A stretch of DNA of 64,000 bases from Balanoglossus misakiensis (GCA_040954595.2 CM082584.2:3069344-3133343); one strand, 5' to 3'; positions 1 to 13,110 are shown, numbered from the stretch's first letter. A program made the numbers and translations. Notes: generated from the sequence alone by a model not told the origin.

Positions 1-3000
1 ATAAACGTGGTATTGTTGAATATCAAGCTGAAGTGAAGAAGATACTCCTACATACAAGAAACCCAAAGTAAGCCATTCATTATCAGTGATGTGACACTCC
101 CATATTTTCTTCATCAAGTTCCTGTTTCTTATTCTTGTAAGGCAAAGGTTTTCTTCCACCGCACACTGCTACTCACAATGGTGACACTGTTGGATTAACC
201 CTAATGCTACTGGGTGTCAAACCTGTTTAGAGTGCAAAGTCCCTTAAAATACGTATTTGCCACATTTTCTTCTAAAACGTATATTGACTGTCTTGACATG
301 GCTCTCATAATACGTACTTAGACACACTTGGCAGTCTGAGCCCCCTGTAAAATGTACCAAATCATAGTGGTTTGTACTGTATTGGTCTTAGGGTCTTGTA
401 TAGGCCCTACATAATAACACACACTTGGCAGTCTAACAGGCCGGGGAGCCCAGGATTCTAGGCACCCTGGAAATCACACCAGTTTTAACTGACTTGGCAG
501 CGTTAGGGTTAAAAGCCCATATTTCTTGACATGGTCATTTCTGTATAAATGAAAGAACTTTTATCTCTACATACAACCATTTATTACATATGTACCGTCG
601 ATTACTTGCACCGAGCGCGTGCGTAACATCGATATTTGCACTCAGTGCAATACCAAAAACATTATGCCATACCTGTATGCAAATGAGTGGCCTGTTCACG
701 AAACAAGCAATATCATTCCGCGGTCTCATTTCTTTCATTTTCGGTCTTTTTTTTCAAAATGAGGTGAACATATGTAATAAAAACAGAACCCCATGGCTCA
801 ATCGTGCAAGCACGGCGTACCGGTAGTATTTGCACTCGTGCTGGCGGTGTATTCTTGCTGCCCCCCGCACTCGCTGTCGCTCGTGCGGGGGACGGGCGCA
901 AGAATACACCGCCAGACATTCGATGCAAATACTACCGTTACGCCGTGCTTGCACGATCGAGCCATGGGGTTCTGTCATATTATTGGTAAACAACAGTTCA
1001 GTACTAATGCAAAACATAGGTACCACACCAACTGCTGTAACCTATGGAGTCCCATAAATTACAATAATTCTTGGTATCAGAATACAATACCAATGCAAAT
1101 GAGGACACAGAGTAGAAAAATACCTGGGTCATTGGACTCATCCTCAGCATATCAAACATTTTCTGGGCTTCAGTGTCATGTTTGTAAAAAAAAAACTGGA
1201 GATAAATCCATTTACAAAATAGTTTCCAAAGTACCACAACAAGCTCAGAGTATAGATGTTGGCAGCGCAGCATCAGCTGATGTGCTAAGTCATGGCCTGT
1301 TCAATATGCAAATGTCTTCATGATGTAGCAAACAAATTTTAGGGTGTTTGAAAACTAGAAAGTTCTCCTGTATCGCTTCATCAAGGTCGTTCACAAAGGG
1401 TGTGTAATAATAAGGCTATTCACAAAATACTGAGATTTATATCTTCACACATCGTGCAGTGGAAGTATTGTCAGAGACATGCAGTGTCAATGACAATACT
1501 GAAGCATACGATATACAAGGACATAAATTCCTGTATTTTGTGAATAAGTATGTGCTCCTTGAAGAGAATGCATTTTGGCAACAGTGCTTATGTGAGTTGT
1601 TTTGATTACCACAGTTCCTCAACAAAGTGTAAGTGACCGTAATAAATGCATCTCATGCCCATGTGGAAATTTGTGCTTTTTCAGGTATATCTTCTGTACT
1701 AAGACTCTTTTTGGAGATGCTGGAGAGATCATTGTGGAGGAACTCTTACAGAATGGACGGATGCTGATGAGTGCAGCAATTCATAAAGTCACTGAAAGAC
1801 TTAATGAAGTCATAGCAGGTATTGCAGTTGCTCTTTCTATTTTGTGCCACAAAGGGGCACTTTATAGTGAACACCTATTGCCTGGCCATGAGGGCCATAG
1901 CAGCCGTTTATTACCCACGAGGGGCTGTGAGTTACCAGAATCACATGCTATTTCCCGAGGCCGTAGGCCGAAGGAAATAGCCTATATATGTTTCTGGTAA
2001 CTCACAGTCACGAGGGGGTAAAAACGGCTGCTCTGGCCAGAATATAGGCCAGGCTATAGGTGTTTTATAATAAACCTCATGCTAACAGTTGGGGAAAATC
2101 TTGCAATTTTCTCTTGAGGTTGGCAGACGACATCTTCAGGGGTGGCCATTGTGTCAGACGACGCGACTGTGATTGAGGAGACCGAGTCTGCGCACTCACG
2201 CTGGTCACGTGACCGGTTTATATTTTTTCTGCTATTTCCCTAGAGGGATTCATAGTCGATTCTATTTTCCTATCACGTGACGAATTAGCATGAGGTATAT
2301 TATAATGCAACATATGTCTTGTAATGATAACATTATTATACATCTGACACCTTTTAATGCTTGTCCATGCATGTTTACAAAAGCTTTTCTGCTGTTTTCT
2401 GATGTTAAAGTGTGATCTCAGTCAGCCATTTAAAGCTCAATGCATAGAGTTAATCTTCTCAACATATCCTATGAGTGTACAAGCGTCAATGTTATAGTTT
2501 GAAACTTGTATTTACGTCCCGACTTTAAGTCCCGAATAGTTGGCCAGATAGTCAAAAAAGGAAATCACATGAATATTAATATGTGTCAAAGGTTACATTT
2601 CAGCCAATCAGAAAACATATGTTTACTTGATTTACTTTAAATTGTTCTTAAAATGCTCTTTAACCCTTTCACCCCCAGTTCTAAATGTAGAGGTCCATCC
2701 TTACCATAGAAAACAATGAGTTTGGACTGAACCATGTTCGTGAAAGGGTTAAAGTGATTTTAGTACATGCTTACCGTAAATTCTCGCAATTAAGCGCCAT
2801 TTTTTAACCATTTCAAATTTTGGTGGCGCCTAAACAAAGGCAGAAATTTGCCTTTTCAAAAATCGGTGGCGCTTATTCATTGATCGCCCTGTATACTGTA
2901 CCCTGTTGATTCATATGCAAATGATTTGGGACGTTCCAATCAGTTTTCTCGTAAGGGGGTTGTCCGCAGTGAATGAATGGCTGTTTCAAATTCATATGTA

Positions 3001-6000
3001 AAGTTTTAACATTTTCTATTCAAATACAGTCAGTTCAATGTATTGTCTAATAAATATTCCAGAAATAAAAAGTTGTCAACGAAGTGAATACTACGAGCAG
3101 CATTACAGTATGCTGGCTGAAACATCAACAAAATCTACTGACGTATAGTGGTTTAGTCCAAGTGCGTCTTTGTCATCATGCTCTCACACATGTAAGGTCA
3201 GGCAAGGTTGCGTGAATACTCATGAGAAAATTAATACCGCAAACATTCACAACTTGAAACTAGTCCTATTATTTCAAAGCCCTGGCCATATGGTCAAACT
3301 TGGGTGGTGTCTTTTGCAGTGAATAATAATTTACATAAATTAGGAGGTTGACATGTGCCCGATTTCATCGTGTAAATAAATAGCACATCAGCCCAAAGCA
3401 TGCATTGTCTGCTCAGGTCCATTATTATTCACGCAGCAAGCCCCGTGATTCACGTAAGTCCACACACCTCAAAAAAATTCCTGGCGCTTAATTTTAAGTA
3501 AAAAGTAGCAAAGTCAGGTATCACTGGCGCCTAATCATGGGTGGCGCTTAATTGCGAGAATTTACGGTATTTCTAATATTAATATGAATATTTTCTATGT
3601 AGAATTTGTTTTGCAAGTTGCTTGCAATCAACTAATTGTTCTGTCAATATTCCCAGATAATAATAAAATTGAAGAGAGCTTTGTGAGGGACAAGTTCATT
3701 GACTTGGTGAACACTCACTTTGTTCAAAGAATTGCAAATCTACCTGTGGATAGTGGATCCAGCCAATCACCATTGCCAGACTTGGATATCAGTGAAAAAG
3801 ATTTGTATGAAATACCAATGTGCATGATGGAAGGAGGTAAGAATATTGTTAAACGTTAGAATATTGTCATTTTCCTGATATTTATATATTTTGTTTATCA
3901 ATGAATGTTAAAACCAAATATGAAGAGTGTTCCTGTGCTACTTTTCCAGTTGGGGGAGGGGGGGGGGGGGTCTCAAATTTTGTGGAAAATGCATTTTTCC
4001 TGCATTCCTATTGCTATGGTTTTCCTGTGGTGAAAATATCTGTGATGACATAGTGTTTTCTTTACATCATTTAATAATACACATCTTTTGGCAACTTTTG
4101 TGAACATTTCAAGAAAATGACAAAATTTTAACACTGTGTAACACTGTTATTTTCAAATTCTACATGTAAGGCTATGGAATTTGAAAACCACGCGCTGTAT
4201 CTGGGTAGTCATCTACTTATGTAATTAAGTTTTAAATAATCCCACACATGCTTTTAATTTTGTCTATAATATGAAATAGTTTGATCTGCTGTATCTACAT
4301 ACATGTGTATATAAGGTTTTGCCAAAATGTTTGCATCCCAAACTTGATGTTTACACTTCAGTAAACCAACATATACATGTAGCAAATCACTTTGCTGGGT
4401 AAATTTGCGATATTCGTGAATGAATAAAAGGTGTTTTAGCGAATTTTTTTGTTGAAACATCGTTTGTGCTGTGATTTCCTGCATAGATTTTACACTGGTA
4501 CTGGTACTTTTAATACTCAACTCCCAACCCGATACTTTGACTACATGTACAGCCGACTTCTCTTTGTTTGCTGATTTCTCCTTGTGAGCCAACGACCAAT
4601 TAGGATTATATGTAGATTGCCACAAAATATATCCTCCTCTCTGGTTTCATATGTCATTCAGTAGTCAGGGAGATGTGCTGTTTCGATCACTCGGGTGACA
4701 TGATCCCAGACACCTTGCGAGGTTGATCAGTATACACATGATGACTGACAGTGTATTTTGATGACTTAGGGCGCTGCTAGTCACAACTAAAACAGTCTTT
4801 GTTTTCTCGAGGGCATAGCCCGAGGGAAAACAGACTGTTTTGGTGTGACTGGCAGTCCCGAGGTAATAAAAAATACACTGTTGCCTGAATATGTCAGTCA
4901 TCATGTGTTTTATAACACACCAAACCGATCAAACTGATGCCCTGGGGAACAGTTCGAAATGACTAAGGTCACGTGACGTCCTATTGACGAATCATGATTG
5001 AGGGTTCGCTGCATGGTGTGTTATAACATTGTCTGCCTCATATACAACATGGCAGTTGTCAATAAACTTGCGTGGTATGTTATGGGGTGATGATCATCTT
5101 ATGCGCATGTGCCAAACCAAAGATCGTGGATACAAAAATTGTATACAGTCAATGCCATAAGGCAGTGTGATGTCCTAACAACAGACAAGATGGCAGCGAC
5201 CATAGTTTGTTCAGAGATTGGGAAAATACAGCAAATTGGGTGAAAAGAAGGGACAAAACAATGGAACTTTTGGCTCTGCTCAGAATTGTTTAATTAGGAA
5301 ACATATTCAGTTGTGAGAACATATGCCGCTTTAAACACTCATCCTTCAGATCTCAAAAAGTTCTGACAGTGGGTAGGGAAACCTTCTTCCACATCTGCCT
5401 ACTTTGGGCAGGCGGAAGAAACTTTCTTTTTTGGGGGATAATAATTTCAATCAACTGTTGAACTCAGCAACACCCCCGGCATAGAACACTTGACATACTG
5501 AAGATATTTATAACAGGGATGTGGAACTTGAATCTGACCCTAATTCTATCACTGCATCTATAGTTTGATTCAATTTTATAATTTTAACGAAATCATATAT
5601 TTCTATAGGTCAATCTCAAACCCACAAAAGGAAACGATCAATAGATGAAGAAGTTAGGCAGCGGACCAAACGACAAAGAACCGATTCAACAATGTCTGAG
5701 GACTTTGGTGAGGTAAGACCTGTTAATTGAGTTAAAGCCCTAATAGCTGCCTGTTTTTGCATTTGTTTTCATGATTTTCCTTTCAAAATTGGTCCATTTA
5801 ATTGAGCTAGCTGGTGGGTATACAGACAAACTATCGACCTCAGATTGTTAAGGCTGTATATTTAAATATGAACAAGTTAAATAATAAAGGGGTGACACAC
5901 CTGTTTATTTGGCTGCCCCTTGCAAGAGTACACGACTATCTTGGTATGTGCTCATGGGTATTGAAATCTCCACAAATGCAAAATAGTATAGTCTATGGGG

Positions 6001-9000
6001 TAAAGATAAGAAGATTGGTATACTTTAGTATCATTAAAAATATGCTAAATGTGGCAGCTTTTGGGGCTTTATTGTATGAGGATATAAGCCAAAAAAGATA
6101 ACAGAGCTTACGTCAGGTAAGACCTCACTCTCTGTCAAGTGTATACAGATGAAAGGTATGTGAATTGAAAAATCCACCGGGAAATATTTTATATCCAGCT
6201 GTGTCATAATGCAGTCAGTCAGGTACTGATTGTGAATGCAGAAGCCAAACTCTAAGAGAACTCCGTTGTTTGAGAAGGGGTTGAGTCTGCTAAACATGTC
6301 AGGTACTTGTATGTACAGCTCCTAAAAGTACAATATGGGATTACAAACTGTGACTCCCTGTTTTCCCGGAATGCAGTGGATTCTAGGGCTCAGCAGATCA
6401 CAAAGACTGTTGAACCAGTCAGGGGAATTACAAGTAGACTTGCACTATAGTAGATTATACGCGTCCTTACAGCTATCACACAATGTACGAACCTATTTTT
6501 GCTTGTGCTAAGCCTCTATAAAAATATCCAGTCACATGAAGTGAGGCATAAAACGTGGTTTGTTGATATTTTGGTTATGAACGTTTGTGGGCCTTCAATC
6601 AATCATTTATCAGATACGACCGTCCGCAGTGCCCAAAATACTTACTATACATGTTGTTATTTCGTAATCACACCGATCGAACACTGATACCTCGTGTGGA
6701 TGCATGCACCATGTCATTTGTCAACAGTTTTGTGAATTGAACACCAATTTCAAGGGAAATGCTCGTAGTTATGTATCCCACAATCAGAGAAAATAGAGCC
6801 CAACCGTGAAAAAAAGATTCATGTGGAACAAAAACGCATATTTCCTTCCTCTGACTTCTGTAAGAACGGCGATTAACCACGCAGAATTACCCCTCATGTG
6901 TGTATTGTAATCACATGGGTCAGTCTCTGACACAAGGATACCAATGCCCCTTTCTTGACATATAAAAATTCAGATATTTATTTACAACTAACTTGGATGT
7001 AATGAATAAATTTTGAGCAATTAACTTATTAAGTGTGGAGCCTGCAGGCCTTTCTTGGCGGGAGATTGACGCATGTTGTTTACGTTACCATGGCGCCATA
7101 GAAGTAGTAACGCTATTTAGCATATCACGTGCACTAAATAACACCCACTGGTTGGTGTATTCACAAGTTCATAACATTTTGGGGTCATTAGTCGCAGACT
7201 GAAAGTCATTGAGATATTACGGTTTTCTTGTCATTTGCTTGAGGTTTGTTAGTCAGAGCCTATCGTCTGGGAATCTGCAGGTTTCGCTGCTTGCTGAATG
7301 TGTGCATATATTGCATCTAAACCATTTTTAGCAACCATGATCTGTCAAATTTTGGTCAATTCCATAGGTATCGCCCTGCAATTTGCAGCGGGCTGGTGAT
7401 TTCAAGTGTTGTTGTCTTTTTCCGTGTTAATTTTTGTAAAATTTTCTTGTGGGTTTTTGGATTTGACACAGCGAGTAAGATAATTAAATGTCAGCTTTGT
7501 TAAAAGCTCAGCTCGCTGGATATTTTACGTGTTGGACACTTGTAATTTTTGTTTAACACCCGTAATTTTCTGGACACTCGAGAACGTTGTCAGCCATTTT
7601 GAATACTTAATGAGTGATAATAGACACGCCCACTTTGCGCTCGTCTTAAATAGAGACTTTCCCTGCATAATATACCAGAGCCTTCTTTTCCCCGAGTGGA
7701 AATTGATGGCTCTGGTTCACGAGAATGAGACAATGCTGTTAACCAAACACCAGTGACACAAATAAAATGTTTGGCTATTTACTTTTGCCTATCAATGTAT
7801 GAGGGTGTCTTGGAAGTATTGTCACTGTTAAACCATCATGTGGTTATTTTCTGCCTCCAGGTTGCTGCAGATAATGGTATCTACTGGTCAGTCAATCATG
7901 AGAGATTCCATCAACACATCCGTGATCAGATTGTCATTGAAGCTGTAGCTGCAAGAGTAGATAAAGTGAGTCATCATTTGACATGTTCATCCCCATTTAG
8001 CTGTGGTTTAATCTGTCTGAGTAGTGAAAACAATATGAATTTTTCAACATTCAGAGATTATGGGGGTGGTGGGCATTTCAATCTCAGTGGGTTGTACCAG
8101 TCAGATGTGATATGGTGACTACATGGCGAAAGTTATGATTTTATAAAAAAAATCTGTTTGGTACAAGAAATTCTTTTAGCATGTAACAAATTAAAATCAT
8201 TTGATTACCGTAAAAGCATTGATGTCAACTCGGATTAACATTTAATTACCGTGTTTTAATGTGTTATGTTATGAAAGTTCAAAAGTGTAAAAAAACTTAC
8301 TGTTGACATCTGAAATAATGAACAATGTTGCAGTTTGGCTATAGATGTTGAGTAATGTTTGCCTCTGATTTCATGCATCAGTCAGATTATTGGAGTAAAT
8401 CAATCAAATCGAATAAGAATAAGGTAACTACGAAAGTGAGAGGCCAAATGCTGCTTGATTCTTTGTTTTTGCTTTAATAAAAACAAACGGAAAATTGTAG
8501 TAACTAAAACCCCCCTCCCCATCACCTTAATGAATGAATGAAGGACATTTCATAATTATCATATATGCAACGCCTGTATTTGGCACTTTCTATTGTTCTC
8601 GCATTGAAGATATACGGTATTTCATCGAGTGAAATATAACGTCCGTGTCTCGAAGTATTTTTGAGAACGGGCTGAAATCATCACACAGCATGACTCAGTG
8701 ATCGGCGCGACAGTTCGCTGTGCGCGCGAACGACATACGGGGCATAGAACTCTAGTGGAGAGGGGTGTTGTAAAATTCGGTTATTAGAAGCTGTAATAAA
8801 GTTTTCTAAGCTGGCGGTTTTGCCATGTTGAATGTATCATTTTTACTTCTGCAGAATTCTCAATGTGAAATAATTGTTAACATGATATTTTGAAACAGAA
8901 CGTACTGGACAATTTTATTTAGAATGGGGATGTGCCCATCGTAATGAAAGCTGCCAACCCCCTTAGAATAATACTACGGCCTACACATTGATCACCTGAT

Positions 9001-12000
9001 CGCATCGCCCTGTCTCACTTGTCTATAGGCTGCTGCCATGATCCCAGGGGCCCGGTTCAAATTTCATGTATGATAAAGGGGTTAATACGACACGTAATCT
9101 ACCAAAATTCGTGTAATAACCCCTAAGTATCGTATCCGTGACAACGCCACAAGTGAGAAAATACAGCTAGAAGCAAGCCAAATATCATTTAAAAGCTGAA
9201 TGTTTGTGTCTGTTCGACCTGCAAGCTGGAACCTTCAAAAGTGTATGAGGGGGAAGTTAAACAAACTTTGGTGATAAATCATGGATGTTGACGGATTGAT
9301 TGCGCAAGCTTTACGAAGTACCTGTTGATTATACAAAAAACATTGCTAATTTCTAACAGGAGCGCAGATTATTTTCGAACTGCCATGAAACAGTTTTTTC
9401 GTGCGATTGTTTATTTTCAAAGGACAGATAGGCAGCCAACTGAAGGAAAATGCTAGAATGCTTAAATGAATTAATTTCCCTTTCTTAACAAAAATATCCC
9501 CTACGAGTGTGAGAAATACGATCCCAGATCCTTGGGGGTGTGAGATTCTATTTTTCCCTTTTTACCAGAAATATCTCAGACAAAAACACTGATACATGTA
9601 CTTGTTAACTGAATTCAATACTATATTTCCCAACAATGACATAGCCGTTAAAGTCATATTTGTAGACGCATCCGTATTTATAGACGCACCCCTTTTCTGA
9701 GCTGATTGCAATGTCACAAATTCAAAGATTTGGAAAAACGGAAAAGTACATATTATTAGACGCACCCTGCTTTCAGCATGGTGGAGGACAAGCCCCCTTT
9801 CATTCAATGCAGAAGACTGACTAACAGAAGACTGACTAACAGTGATTTTCTTTGCCATTGTTTCAACTACGTCTTTTCCATTGTCTCAACTGCCCATTAT
9901 TGCTGGGTCGAAAGTGATTAATGTGCGGGTTGCGGGCTGCGGGCTGCAGGCTGACAATGAATAAAAATAAAATCAGAATAAAAATCGCAGCGATGATCGA
10001 ATGCATCTCTGTGTCACGTTGTGCAGGGCTCGAAAATTCCCGCCGCCCGACGCCCGTGGCAAGTGAAATTTACGTCCGGGCAAGTAAAATCAAAATTCCT
10101 GCCGCCCGACGGGCAAGTGTCACGGCCAGGGTTCGTACGCTCCTGGAAACTCCTGGAATTTGAAACCCCTCCTGGAAACTCCTGAAATCTCCTAGAAATT
10201 CAAAATTTCTCCTTGAAACTCCTGGAAAACCGCGAGTCACGATCGCATTTCACCGGATCGTGAAACAGTACGCGTTGCCCATTTCACTCGGCGCACCAGT
10301 TATCTTTAGACAGACGTCCTATAAATAGTATCATTGACATAGTAACGCACAAATTGCAACAACTAACGCAGCTCAGCGTTCCGGTCGCAACAAAATATCT
10401 AAAACTTGACAAAAGATGTAGCAACTTTTGTTAGAGGTCATGCCATGTGTCCGCGCGTCTGCAGAATACTTGTACAGACGGCCGCGGCAGACACCCTGAG
10501 ATCGATGTTCAAGGGCAATTAGTGATGTCAAAAAGAAGCAAAAAAGGCAGGCGGTTTTTGTGTGTTTTTTTCAGCAGCAAAACAGTAATTTCCATCATTA
10601 ATTTGTCGATTTTATCAGGACAGAAATCATTGCTTTAGAGACTGTTCAGTTTTTACGGCCGAGGGGGGGGGGGGGGGGCGGAGATCACTTAAATTTTAGC
10701 CAAATATGCTAAATGATTTGGGAAAATTTGTTTTACTTAGGTCTTCATGGGGAGGCCATTGAAATGTGTACTATCACAGTCAAAAGCCTTTAAATGATTT
10801 GTTAAACTAGAATAACAAGTGCATGTGAGTGTAACAGTAATAGTAAAGTTGCACAATTTTGTTGGGTAAAACATTCTGGAAAATGGCATTTTTACCACAA
10901 AAACTCCTGGAAAATTACTGGAATTTTGAATTGCTCTAGGTGTATGAACCCTGACGGCGATAGGGAGACCGTGGTCATGTTGTTACCAATGCCCAGCTAT
11001 CAGAAATGTCAACTTTCTTTGAGGTGACCTCTCTGAATCTGAGGGCGCTTCTGAAAGTGACGCACGGTCAAAGCATCAGCGTTACGATGCAGACAAACGC
11101 CAAAGAAACTACCTTCCGAAATGGGAGGAACAGTGGCAAGGTTGGGGCAAGTCACTTTTCTTGGGGGGCAAGTGAAATTGAAAATTTGCTTGCCCGATGG
11201 CAAGTGGGTTATGAAAAAAATTTTCGAGGCCTGGTTGTGGTTGTGAAATGATCTGATATTAAATGCTGATATGTTCGGATCGACATGGTTTCCATGCAGA
11301 TTACTCCCATGGACAGCTAGCTGCAGGCAAACCCCATTCTATATCGTGTAGTTTCAACGACCCGACTTGTGTAGGGACATTTGAACGGCAACAGAAAGCA
11401 AAGTGAGCGTAATTCAATAAAACGACCTATACAAGCCTGAACTCTGATTATTTCGTTCCAAAACTCATTTCGTGAAAAACTCACTGGACTCAGTGTTTAC
11501 GTATTTCAGCGAGTACTACCGCTGGAAGTGACTGGGATTATGGCCGATTAATTTATGCTAATGAGGCCGCGCACACAGTAGTGAGTGTGAGGGTCAAAGT
11601 CCGCTGCCGGAGTTGTGGCACAAATCGCGTAAATTGAACTTCTGGGAGGCAATCATTTGATCGTTTCTGTTGACATATAATATTATTATTCTTTCATTAT
11701 CAAAACACAACTATATTTTACGACCTGCAATCGGCGACCCGCAACCCGCAGCCCGCAACCCGCAATTTAACGCTTCCCTGCTGGGTCTACGTCTTTTCCA
11801 TTGTCTCAGTTGCCTATAATTGCTCAGCTGGTCAACGCAACGTCCATGAAACATGCATGAAATTAACATATGAATACACTTTGACATGTAGTTGACCTCT
11901 CATTAATTATCCTCTAAAATCATTTACTCTGATTGGTTGAAGTTTTCAATGGCTGTCACTTTGACATTTGATGCCTTGTCACCCATTGACACATGGCTTC

Positions 12001-12943
12001 AGACGTAGTTGACCCAGATGGTGTTGACCCAGACAGTGCGTCTGATTTTATCAATGGGCATGTAACGTAATTTGCAACATTGTTTATGTGGAAGTAGAAG
12101 CTAAGTCTCAGATTACATTATGGGGTGAATATACGGACAAGACATGACACTTGAAAATATCAAAAACTCAAACTTTGTATGAATAAAACGATTTTTGAAC
12201 TGTATGAGGAATAGGCTTCAGACCTTTGAGCAAAGAACACAAGTCATGCAGCAGGAGTAGAAGTGTATGATTGCATACTGGGAAGTACTTTCTTTATGAC
12301 CTGATTTTTGGCGATGTCTTCTCCTGAGAACAGAAAAAGTTTGTTTTGAAACTTGGCATACTTCCATATTATTAGAAGCACCCTGATTTCAGGATCATTG
12401 TAGCAGTCGAAATATTGCAACTTTGTTAAAAAACCTGCGTCTACAAATATGACTTTAACGGTACATTTACGGTTGGTATTTGCACGAAATATTTTGAGTA
12501 TTTCAACATGCTCTCAGAATAAAATGAAATGCATGACAAATCACTGAAATCCAACAATTTAGTATTGTCCTTTATTGGGACAAAGTCTCTCTCAGGCTGT
12601 CCATTTTTCCACTTATTATGTTTGATACAAGACACCGTTTGTGATATTCTACATGTGGATATATAGTGAATCAACGGTGGACCACACACACCTTCCATCC
12701 CGCTTGTCGACAAATTTTGCTGTATACATTGTATTATGAGAGCCATTGATTTCTCTTCCTACACAATAGATAGCAGGGGAAGTTGTACGGACAATGCTAC
12801 GCATCAGTGAAGTGACTACAGACCCAAAGGCCTTGCTCACAACACCAATGTCAAGCCATGAAATCTATGCAGCTTTGCCCAAAGAACTCAAGTTTCCAAG
12901 GTCTACATTCGATCAGTATCTGAAGTTGCTTGCTGATGATCAG
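1..12943 (+). CDS. POLR3C: RNA polymerase III subunit RPC3/RPC62, partial: 5' exons lie before the window and no 3' exons were found
   Basis: GT-AG exons with consistent phases: <1-67 (KRGIVEYQAEVKKILLHTRNP), 1685-1818 (YIFCTKTLFGDAGEIIVEELLQNGRMLMS..), 3657-3836 (FIDLVNTHFVQR..EKDLYEIP), 5609-5712 (KRKRSIDEE..; absent from the ORF track), 7861-7965 (DNGIYWSVNHERFHQHIRDQ), 12770-12943 (GEVVRTMLRISE..DQYLKLLADDQ). These follow the order of metazoan POLR3C motifs as recalled (KRGVVEY, EELLLNG, DTHFVQR, DDGIYW, RTMLRMSE, DQYLTLLADD). Confidence 0.93.
199..508. mobile_element. piggyBac-type MITE
   Basis: TTAA|ccctaatgct ... agcgttaggg|TTAA (TTAA at 195-198 and 509-512); internal repeated cacttggcagtct. 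Confidence 0.7.
580..982. mobile_element. Hairpin element A (long palindrome plus adjacent short inverted-repeat module)
   Basis: Near-perfect palindrome 783-975 (acagaaccccatggctc..gagccatggggttctgt) plus a 14-bp inverted repeat tttattacatatgt (580-593) / acatatgtaataaa (768-781). Confidence 0.75.
1862..2305. mobile_element. Hairpin element B
   Basis: Palindrome about 1871-2063 centred on ccgaggccgtaggccg; then ttataataaacctcatgctaa (2065-2085) inverted at ttagcatgaggtatattataa (2285-2305). Confidence 0.75.
2664..2748. mobile_element. Miniature piggyBac-type MITE (85 bp)
   Basis: TTAA|ccctttcac ... gtgaaaggg|TTAA. Confidence 0.65.
2774..3567. mobile_element. Tc1/mariner (pogo-type) MITE
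   Basis: Perfect 26-bp TIR ccgtaaattctcgcaattaagcgcca, flanked by TA on both sides; internal repeated ggcgcyta motifs. Confidence 0.88.
4731..5026. mobile_element. Hairpin element C
   Basis: Palindrome 4734-4908 (acacatgatgactgaca..tgtcagtcatcatgtgt) centred on cgagggcatagcccgag; then ttataacacacca (4910-4922) inverted at tggtgtgttataa (5014-5026). Confidence 0.75.
5736..6068. mobile_element. MITE with TTAA-like flanks (Kolobok-like termini)
   Basis: ttaa|agccctaatagctgcc ... ggcagcttttggggct|ttat; 17 of 19 positions match as an inverted repeat including flanks. Superfamily assignment is tentative. Confidence 0.6.
10127..10953. mobile_element. hAT-like MITE with 5-bp target duplication
   Basis: TIR cagggttcgtac / gtatgaaccctg; flanking direct repeat acggc; multiple ctcctggaaa subterminal repeats. 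Confidence 0.8.
10638..10697. mobile_element. Truncated end of the Harbinger-type MITE family seen intact at 51292-52068
   Basis: gagactgttcagtttttacggcc plus G-run plus tcacttaaa matches the left end of the 51292 element with 2 mismatches in the TIR. Confidence 0.65.
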
Positions 12944-12978
12944 GTACTTGATTACCCTCAGTATAAATGTTGTATAAA

Positions 12979-13110
12979 AGCCCCTAATAGCTGCCTTTTT
13001 GTTACAGTTGAAAATCGAATTAAGTGTGGACTTGAATATATTTGTCAACAATAACAATGGTTGTTGGTCATGTAAGGTTTTGTTGAGAAGCTAAAAACTT
13101 GTTGACAAGA
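12979..13110. mobile_element. One-ended copy of the 5736-6068 MITE family
   Basis: agcccctaatagctgcc matches the left terminus at 5736; no right terminus (ggcagct..gggct) is seen before YOD1. The right boundary is approximate. Confidence 0.45.

Larger units (their letters stand above)
10024..11233. mobile_element. hAT-like MITE with 6-bp target duplication
   Basis: TIR cagggctcgaaaatt / aattttcgaggcctg; flanking direct repeat gttgtg; subterminal ggcaagt repeats at both ends. Confidence 0.75.
9910..11778. mobile_element. Mutator-like (MULE) non-autonomous element
   Basis: 9-bp target duplication tgctgggtc (9901-9909 and 11779-11787); imperfect TIR with core tgcgggttgcgggctgcggg / cccgcagcccgcaacccgca. 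Confidence 0.8.
9645..12461. mobile_element. pogo/Tigger-type MITE (outermost layer of the nest)
   Basis: Perfect 26-bp TIR ccgttaaagtcatatttgtagacgca; TA at the right flank, tag at the left; internal tagacgca repeats. Confidence 0.85.

Noticed and set aside
535-1323. Overlapping ORFs on both strands
   Set aside because: They arise from the GC-rich palindrome inside a POLR3C intron and show no recognisable protein similarity.
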